38,816 nt of DNA. Origin: an uncultured Candidatus Woesearchaeota archaeon (GTDB taxonomy: Archaea; Nanobdellota; Nanobdellia; Woesearchaeales; 21-14-0-10-32-9). The position numbers and the translations under genes were made by a program. The stretch is from positions 1 through 38,816 of the forward strand of contig CAITEO010000060.1 in assembly GCA_903891505.1 (NCBI GenBank), read 5' to 3'. Shown here piece after piece: positions 7,689 to 14,418 of the stretch (positions within the stretch are counted from its first letter, which is position 1; each line of letters opens with the position of its first letter). The notes below the pieces were generated by a model. The model saw only the letters and a program-made list of their open reading frames with translations. It was not told where the DNA came from and ran no database searches.

Positions 7689-9368
7689 ATGAGTCAAAAA
7701 CAGGCAGAAATAACAACATTTGATCAAATCTGCACCTATGACAACATCAGACTTGCCTATGAACGAGCAAGAAAAAGAAAAACTAAAAAAACATATGTAA
7801 TAGAATTTGAACAAAATTTAGATCAAAATATTCGCGAGTTACAAAAAGAACTTATAACAGAAACATATTTTCCAAAACCACTCAAAATATTCATAATCCG
7901 CGAGCCCAAAACTAGAAAGATTAGCAAATCAGAATTTAGAGATAGAGTGATTCATCATGCAATATGCAACATCATAGAGGAAAAATTTGACAAAGCATTT
8001 ATTCATGATAGTTATGCCAATAGAATAGGTAAAGGAACATTAAAAGCAATTAAACGCTTCGATGAGTTCAAAAGAAAAGTTTCAAAAAACAATACAATAG
8101 ATTGTTATTTTCTTAAAGCAGACATAAAACATTATTTCGAAACAGTCAATCACAATATTTTAATAAAAATACTTGAGGATAAAATCAAGGATGAAAAAAC
8201 AATACGCTTGATAAAAATAATTCTTTCTAATCATAAATCTGAGCATGAAGGTAAAGGGATGCCACTTGGAAATCTAACAAGTCAGTTCTTCGCTAATGTT
8301 TATCTAGATAAATTAGATCAATATGTTAAGCACGAACTTAAAATCAAATATTATATTAGATATGTAGATGATTTTATAATTTTAGATCATTCCATAGACA
8401 TTCTCCAAGAATACAAACGAAAAATAAATCATTTTCTTAATGAAGAACTCAAGCTTGAACTTCATCCCGACAAATCGAAAATCTTGCCAATAGAAAGAGG
8501 AGCAAATTTTCTCGGATTCAGAATATTTAATCATCACAGACTAATAAGAAGAAAAAATCTCAAAAAGTTCCAGAGAAAATACAGCAAAATTAAGACGGCA
8601 CATAAAAAAGGTTTAGTATCGAGAGAGAAAATTATAGAGAAGTTCGAAGGCTGGTTAACCTACATAAATCATGCAGACACATATAAATATAGAAGACATT
8701 TAGCGAGAAACTTGAATCAAGATTTTCCACTTGAATGTGAAATAAAACTTGCGAACATAAAAAAACACGAAAATGAAATAAAAAGAACAGATACATTAAA
8801 CTTTCAATATTCTCCACAAAAAACGTTGCGATTATTTAACAATAAACTCACAATCAAACAAATAGCAGAAAAAAGAAGAATAAAAGAATCAACGGTCTAC
8901 GAACACTTGACTAAACTCATCGAATACAACCAATACTCAGTTTGGAAGGTTCTTCAAAAAGAAAAAATCATCAAAATAAGCAGACAAATAATCACGGAAA
9001 ACGACTCGCTAAAAGAAATCAAACAAAGAATAAATGATAATAATCTAACATATAACGAGATAAATTTGGTTTTGGCAAGTATCAAGGCGAGAAACAAAAA
9101 GAAAAATATACTGTTCCACATTAAATGGTATAAAAATAATTATTGCAGAAGAAAATGTTTCTTCGACCAAAAACAAATGCTTGCTTGCGAAGCAAAATTT
9201 AACCAACTAATAAGCAACAACCCTCAACTAAACATAACAAGAAAAGAATTTCTAGACCTATTCAATCACCATATCAAAATATGCACATTGTCAGACAAGA
9301 AAAAAGAAGAATATGTACCTTGGGCTGAATTCAAAGTCAGACTCGCACTAAACAAAAAAACGCGATAA
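7689..9368 (+). CDS. DGR reverse transcriptase with C-terminal HTH and Cys-containing extension
   Basis: FRDRVIHHA, KADIKHYF, GMPLGNLTSQFFAN, YIRYVDDF, FLGFRI; ~200 extra residues including LTIKQIAEKRRIKESTVYEHL. Confidence 0.93.
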   Translation: MSQKQAEITTFDQICTYDNIRLAYERARKRKTKKTYVIEFEQNLDQNIRELQKELITETYFPKPLKIFIIREPKTRKISKSEFRDRVIHHAICNIIEEKFDKAFIHDSYANRIGKGTLKAIKRFDEFKRKVSKNNTIDCYFLKADIKHYFETVNHNILIKILEDKIKDEKTIRLIKIILSNHKSEHEGKGMPLGNLTSQFFANVYLDKLDQYVKHELKIKYYIRYVDDFIILDHSIDILQEYKRKINHFLNEELKLELHPDKSKILPIERGANFLGFRIFNHHRLIRRKNLKKFQRKYSKIKTAHKKGLVSREKIIEKFEGWLTYINHADTYKYRRHLARNLNQDFPLECEIKLANIKKHENEIKRTDTLNFQYSPQKTLRLFNNKLTIKQIAEKRRIKESTVYEHLTKLIEYNQYSVWKVLQKEKIIKISRQIITENDSLKEIKQRINDNNLTYNEINLVLASIKARNKKKNILFHIKWYKNNYCRRKCFFDQKQMLACEAKFNQLISNNPQLNITRKEFLDLFNHHIKICTLSDKKKEEYVPWAEFKVRLALNKKTR

Positions 9369-9445
9369 TCCTTAAGTGTATTACAAACTCCGAGTCGATT
9401 ATATTAATCTTGGGAGCCTTCGCAATAGTACGGAGGCGATACACA

Positions 9446-10006
9446 ATGGTATTTGAATACAAAAGAGAACCCTTAGAAGAAAACGAAATACTAGCCCTAC
9501 GAAAAGCATGCACCACATTCGAGGAAGAACTCATCATAAACGTTCTTCTCGAGACGGGTATGAGAGTCTCGGAATTCGCCAAACTTAGCGACGAAGAGAT
9601 CAGCTGGCAACGAAACTGCATAACCACCATCGGCAAAGGAAACAAAAGACGAGTAATCCCTCTAAGCAAAACCGCACGATTCTATCTAACAGAGTATTTT
9701 AAGGACAACCACAAAATCCATCTAAGCCCTAGAATTATTCAGATGCGTTTAAAGTTTGTTGCTGATAGAGCTCGCATAAAAAAGCCCGTAACACCCCACG
9801 TTTTAAGGCATACTTTCGCTGTATGTTACTTGCATCGTGGTGGAAATGTAAGGGCGTTGCAAGGTATTCTTGGCCACAGTAGCCTCATAACAACCGACGT
9901 TTACCTAAACTACTCAGGTCAGAGAGTTATTGAGGATTTCCAGAAAATATGGGAACAAAAACCAGAACCAAAGCGCGATAACAGCTTGTTAAACTATCTA
10001 GGGTAA
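9446..10006 (+). CDS. Tyrosine recombinase, catalytic domain only (186 aa)
   Basis: ETGMRVSE, GKGNK, HVLRH, LGH, TTDVY; ATG 9446 behind GGAGG. Confidence 0.9.
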   Translation: MVFEYKREPLEENEILALRKACTTFEEELIINVLLETGMRVSEFAKLSDEEISWQRNCITTIGKGNKRRVIPLSKTARFYLTEYFKDNHKIHLSPRIIQMRLKFVADRARIKKPVTPHVLRHTFAVCYLHRGGNVRALQGILGHSSLITTDVYLNYSGQRVIEDFQKIWEQKPEPKRDNSLLNYLG

Positions 10007-10009
10007 AGA

Positions 10010-11236
10010 ATGGCTGAATCAAAGAAAGAAAACAATCCAATGTTTTTCTTCGTCATAATAATCTTAGCTTTGGGGCTTGTTGCATACAAATGGTACGACT
10101 CAACAAATAAAACCGAGCTGTACCACAACATAATTATTATCGGCCTGATAATTTTAGGAGGGGCTCTAGTGCTGGGAGCAATAGTTCTTTTAATTAGAGG
10201 GTACGTGTTAAAGGAGGAAACATCTAAGAAAGTAGCAAAAATACTCATCATCATTATATGTACCATAATAATAGGAAGTTTCATCTATCGAACGTTGTTC
10301 TTGAAAATAATTTTTGATTACACGTACATTTTTCATGGCCTGCTATCGTTAGCGATATTTTTGTTTTACAACTACAGAATTCATTTCAAAATATTCAAGA
10401 AAATAACTAAGAAAAGAGCTGAACAGGAAAGAGAAAGACTAGAAATAGAAGAAATACAAAAACTACTACGACTAGATCTGGATAGACTGGATGTAAATGA
10501 ATTGAATAATTTGCAGGACAAATTAAAAGTTAAAATAGCATCAGGCCGCATAAAAGAATACAACAAAGAAATATGGCATAAATTAGTATTAATACCAAAA
10601 ATTATTGAAATCAAAGAACAAGAAAACGAACTACGCCACATTCTCAAGAGAAAAGATGATGCGTTAGATAATTTAAGAAGAATTCAAGACAAGAAACACG
10701 AAGAAGAAGTAGATGAAGAACAAAAAGAAATTGAAGTATTAGACAAATTAGAAGATGAAGGAAACGTCATAAAAAAAGAAGATCTGTCAGAAGAAGAAAA
10801 AGAACTTCTCCTAGAAAACGATTACAAACAAGTCAACGAATACTGCGTTTACGAACAAAAAGTCATAACAGTTCTAGTTAAACAAATCTTGAATCACTCA
10901 CCAACACACACGTTCTTGGTATGGTCTATTATGAGATTAATCACTGATTTCGGAGTCAAAAACCTCCAGACACATGACACACGAGAAGCAGACATCACGT
11001 TCAAATACAAACATCAATGCTACGCTATCGAGATAGAAACAGGCAGTTTACTAACAAGAAAAAAACAACTAGAAGATAAAGTCAAATATCTCAACAGACG
11101 TTACCCTAAACGCTGGTTTTTTGTAGTTTCAAACAAAAATCTGCAACCAAAGTACAGAAAATACGGAGTCGCCACCCAGAGAGTAGGAGTGGAGAAATTC
11201 TTGAAAAAGATGCTGAAAATACGCACCCAGAACTAG
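10010..11236 (+). CDS. Membrane protein (~4 TM) with coiled coil and C-terminal PD-(D/E)xK-like domain
   Basis: Four hydrophobic N-terminal segments, E/K-rich middle, EADITF...YAIEIETGS motif. Confidence 0.6.
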   Translation: MAESKKENNPMFFFVIIILALGLVAYKWYDSTNKTELYHNIIIIGLIILGGALVLGAIVLLIRGYVLKEETSKKVAKILIIIICTIIIGSFIYRTLFLKIIFDYTYIFHGLLSLAIFLFYNYRIHFKIFKKITKKRAEQERERLEIEEIQKLLRLDLDRLDVNELNNLQDKLKVKIASGRIKEYNKEIWHKLVLIPKIIEIKEQENELRHILKRKDDALDNLRRIQDKKHEEEVDEEQKEIEVLDKLEDEGNVIKKEDLSEEEKELLLENDYKQVNEYCVYEQKVITVLVKQILNHSPTHTFLVWSIMRLITDFGVKNLQTHDTREADITFKYKHQCYAIEIETGSLLTRKKQLEDKVKYLNRRYPKRWFFVVSNKNLQPKYRKYGVATQRVGVEKFLKKMLKIRTQN

Positions 11237-11298
11237 GTGGGTGCACACCCAGTTTTGTCGACAATACACATCTTGAAAAGTGGCACTGAAATGCCTCG

Positions 11299-11335
11299 AT
11301 GTATATATACATATACCCCCTGCCCCGCAGGGGGT
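11299..11335. repeat. Palindrome plus GC hairpin between convergent genes
   Basis: ATGTATATATACAT (11299-11312) and ACCCCCTGC-CCC-GCAGGGGGT (11315-11335). Confidence 0.7.
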
Positions 11336-11381
11336 GCTTATTACTACTAGCTGTTGCTTATGCTGAAGCATTCCATGTTAT

Positions 11382-12164
11382 TCAAAATAGATTTTGGTTC
11401 TTGCTTAACTCAGTTATTATATTCATTTTTTCTAATAATTCATCATGACTTATATCTCCACTTGCAAATCTTAACTTTAAAACTTCTATTGGATCTGATA
11501 ACTGCGCTGTAGCCAAATTAGCGCTTCTTACGTTGGTATCTTTTTTTCCAACGAATGCTTTCTCTATTTTTTGTTGCAAGTCTTTTTGGCTTACGTATGC
11601 GTAGATTTGTGTTGTGTAGATATCGCTGTGTCCTAGGCTTCGCTGGATGTAATACAAATCAACACCACGTTCCAACAAATAGGTTGCATAAGTATGTCGT
11701 AGCGTGTGAAAGCTATACAAGTGTCTTTGTTGTTCATTCTTAGTTTTCTTCCAATCCAATAACAATCCTGCTTTTTCAAGATACGCTCTGAATTTCAACG
11801 AGATATAATTTGGACTCACGCCATCACTTGCTGTTGTAGGGATGAAGAACTCTGATTCTGAGACTCGAAACCATTTCTCAATTAATGGTTTGAGGCTTGA
11901 TGGCAACATCACATATCTGTCCTTGCAACCTTTGCCCTGAACAATTTTAATCTTGCAATCAACCAAGTCGACATCTTGTCTTTTGAGCTGACAAACTTCG
12001 CTAATACGCAGACCACAAAACAAAGCCAGCAAGCACGCCAAGAAAATATCAGTCTCATCAATTACTGTGAATAACTCGATTAATTGCTTTTTGTTAAAAA
12101 CATTTGGCAAACTTCGGTTCTTGCCCTCATTTTGGTTTTTTCCTCTACGATTTGAGTGTTTCAT
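11382..12164 (-). CDS. Tyrosine recombinase/integrase with C-terminal SHOCT-like tail
   Basis: CGLRISE, GKGCKDR, HTLRH, LGH, TTQIY; tail DPIEVLKLRFASGDISHDEL; ATG 12164 behind GAGG. Confidence 0.9.
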   Translation of the reverse strand: MKHSNRRGKNQNEGKNRSLPNVFNKKQLIELFTVIDETDIFLACLLALFCGLRISEVCQLKRQDVDLVDCKIKIVQGKGCKDRYVMLPSSLKPLIEKWFRVSESEFFIPTTASDGVSPNYISLKFRAYLEKAGLLLDWKKTKNEQQRHLYSFHTLRHTYATYLLERGVDLYYIQRSLGHSDIYTTQIYAYVSQKDLQQKIEKAFVGKKDTNVRSANLATAQLSDPIEVLKLRFASGDISHDELLEKMNIITELSKNQNLF

Positions 12165-12166
12165 TT

Positions 12167-12559
12167 TTACATTCCTCTCACTAATTGCATGCCTTGTAAT
12201 TTTATGCTTATGCACGCATGGCTGTTGGTTTCGTGTCGGCTTTTGAAGTGCGTATTTAACGCGGTTTTTTGGCTAATTGTGCCCTCTTTGAGTTGAAATC
12301 GTAGTGTTTCAGGTACTCTCTCAAGAAGGCACCACCTGTAAACTTTGTACGGATTGTGTCCGTTCTCAATTAAGAAATTGTATAATTCTCTATCTTTGCC
12401 TAGAAGAATTGATTTCTTTTTGTTGTAATGATATTGTGCAAGCATTCCTATTTTTTGGTGGAAATTGCGAAAATATTCCTCACCAAAACGAACACTCACT
12501 TCTTTCTTTATAGACTCATAATCAATGAGCCAAGTCTTCCGAACAATTTTATCTTTCAC
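12167..12559 (-). CDS. Small basic protein, possible ParB/KorB-type HTH
   Basis: GTG start behind GAGGTG; KVYRWCLLERVPETLRFQLKEGTISQKTAL resembles the ParB HTH-downstream pattern; stop is 2 nt before the integrase start. Confidence 0.55.
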   Translation of the reverse strand: MKDKIVRKTWLIDYESIKKEVSVRFGEEYFRNFHQKIGMLAQYHYNKKKSILLGKDRELYNFLIENGHNPYKVYRWCLLERVPETLRFQLKEGTISQKTALNTHFKSRHETNSHACISIKLQGMQLVRGM

Positions 12560-12734
12560 GAAACACCACCTCTAGTCATTTGTGAAATGCCGAGATTCAG
12601 CCACGACAAGCCCCGACGTCAAGATTTCGCAGAATATAAATCTTTCGTTTCTTTACTACTATCTAGTAACTATGTTGGCTTTTCATGTTATTTTCTGTTT
12701 TTTTCTCGTCGGAATAAAACTATTAATAGACGGG

Positions 12735-12752
12735 GAATCTCCGCAGGCTCAT
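12735..12752 (+). repeat. attR, GAATCTCCGCAGGCTCAT
   Basis: Identical to 1121-1138. Confidence 0.88.
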
Positions 12753-12766
12753 AACATTCTTGATTA

Positions 12767-12912
12767 TGCGGACGCCGAACGCTAGTGAGAACGTCCGCAG
12801 AAATAACACATGAGACTGCGGACCGAGAGCGCGAGCGACCCTGTCCGCAGGCTCAGACCAGTACGCCCGTCTATGCCCTACTAGGGCAGGACGTTCGCGT
12901 GCTCAGTCCTGC
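12767..12912. repeat. GC-rich cluster of inverted repeats
   Basis: TGCGGACG/CGTCCGCA, CTGCGGAC/GTCCGCAG, TGCCCT/AGGGCA and GCAGGAC/GTCCTGC arms. Confidence 0.6.
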
Positions 12913-13008
12913 TCCGTAATCCCTTATCAGCATTTCTAAAACAAACTAATTTTAAATAGAAAAGAAACATTATAATAATAAGCAAAGAATCCGTATCTGT
13001 TGAAGAAA

Positions 13009-13830
13009 ATGGAAAAGGAAACAAAAATAGAAAAAATTAACAAAATGATGTACATCGATGTGCACGCGCACCTTGACGCGGAAGAATACAAGAATGATCT
13101 AGATAAAGTTCTAGAAGATTGCCTTGCACGTGGCGTCAAAGCAATAATAGTCAACGGTGTACATCCTGAAAGCAACAGAAAAATTCTCGAACTTTCACAA
13201 AAACATCCTATCATCAAACCAGCGCTTGGCTTTTACCCAACACACATTGTTGAAAACAAATGGGACGCAGTCGAAGAAGAACTTAATTTTATACTCCACA
13301 ATAAACAAAAGATTGCAATAGGTGAAGTGGGTCTTGATTACAAATTTGGAGAAGAATCAAAGAATGCACCGAAACACTTAACGATCGATGATCAAAAGAA
13401 AATGCAACGAAAAGCATTTGAGAAATTCATAGAAATAAGTGAGAAAACAAAAAAGCCATTAATAATACATTCAAGAAAAGCAGAACAAGATATTATTGAA
13501 ATGATCGAATCATCTTCTCTAAAAAATCCAGTGTTTCATTGTTTTTCTGGAAAGCGAAAGCTCGTTCAAAAAATCGCGGACAACAAATGGAATTTTTCTG
13601 TACCTGTAACTGCAATTAAACTTCAGCAATTTCAAGAACTCGTGCAGTATACAAACATAAATCAATTGCTGACGGAAACAGACAGTCCATATTTAAGCCC
13701 CGTACTTGGCGAGAGAAATACACCTGCGAACGTTACACTTACTGTGAAAAAAATTGCAGAGCTAAAGGGTTTTGATGAAGAAGAAACATCAAAAACAATC
13801 TTCATGAACTATCAGCGACTATTCTTGTAG
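13009..13830 (+). CDS. tatD: TatD family deoxyribonuclease
   Basis: IDVHAH, AIGEVGLDY, IIHSRKA, FHCF, LLTETDSPYL. Start uncertain. Confidence 0.93.
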   Translation: MEKETKIEKINKMMYIDVHAHLDAEEYKNDLDKVLEDCLARGVKAIIVNGVHPESNRKILELSQKHPIIKPALGFYPTHIVENKWDAVEEELNFILHNKQKIAIGEVGLDYKFGEESKNAPKHLTIDDQKKMQRKAFEKFIEISEKTKKPLIIHSRKAEQDIIEMIESSSLKNPVFHCFSGKRKLVQKIADNKWNFSVPVTAIKLQQFQELVQYTNINQLLTETDSPYLSPVLGERNTPANVTLTVKKIAELKGFDEEETSKTIFMNYQRLFL

Positions 13831-13853
13831 CAAAATCTAATCATTAACAAAAT

Positions 13854-14126
13854 CTACAAATCATCGACGCTCCTAAGCGGATAACCATTCATATCAAGTC
13901 CTTTCTTGAAAGAAACAATATTACAATTCGTGCAAATGAAAAATGGACCAAACTTTCCTTCTTTTATGTCGAGGTATCGACCGCACGCACATTTCAAATC
14001 AACAAGTTCCATGTCTTTATGACGTGTGCATACAGGAACCTTCTGAGAATTTTTTGTAATCGCTGCGCCCCCACAGAACGGACAATGCGATACATTCTCT
14101 TCCGAATAAACTTTGCGCATGAACAT
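13854..14126 (-). CDS. Small zinc-finger protein
   Basis: CPFC...CxxH, CAC...CTNC; GKFGPF motif resembling topoisomerase C4 fingers. Confidence 0.7.
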   Translation of the reverse strand: MFMRKVYSEENVSHCPFCGGAAITKNSQKVPVCTRHKDMELVDLKCACGRYLDIKEGKFGPFFICTNCNIVSFKKGLDMNGYPLRSVDDL

Positions 14127-14378
14127 GAAATCACTTTTCTCTTTGACTTAATTTTCTCTAACTTTCAACTCCCTCTAATTTTCTCAATAATATATTTTTA
14201 TTTCTCTGACCAATCTGCGCGTACGCGCAGTCAGGCTCACCGTACGGCGAGAAAACATCTGAGGAACCAAAAAAAATTACTAATCATAAAAAATGCGACG
14301 TAATGAAAAACAAAAAATAATCAAACAAAATAATTAATTAAAATCCAAAAAAATCCGCGATGCAGATTTTTTAGACGC

Positions 14379-14400
14379 AGAAAATGCAAAAGCATTTTCT
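14379..14400. repeat. AGAAAAT..ATTTTCT palindrome family member
   Basis: AGAAAATGC-AAAA-GCATTTTCT, preceded by a second hairpin. Confidence 0.55.
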
Positions 14401-14418
14401 TCGAAATAAAAAAAACAT

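Larger units (their letters stand above)
1121..12752. mobile_element. tRNA-Ile-integrated element (~11.6 kb) carrying a DGR and a MoxR/vWA operon
   Basis: 18-bp direct repeat of the tRNA 3' end at both ends, two tyrosine recombinases inside, core genes resume at ~13000. Confidence 0.88.

Noticed and set aside
7689-9368. RT as group II intron, retron or CRISPR-associated RT
   Set aside because: A TR with two adenine-mutated VRs and the LGNLTSQ/YVDD motifs fit a DGR; no intron domain V or cas genes were seen.
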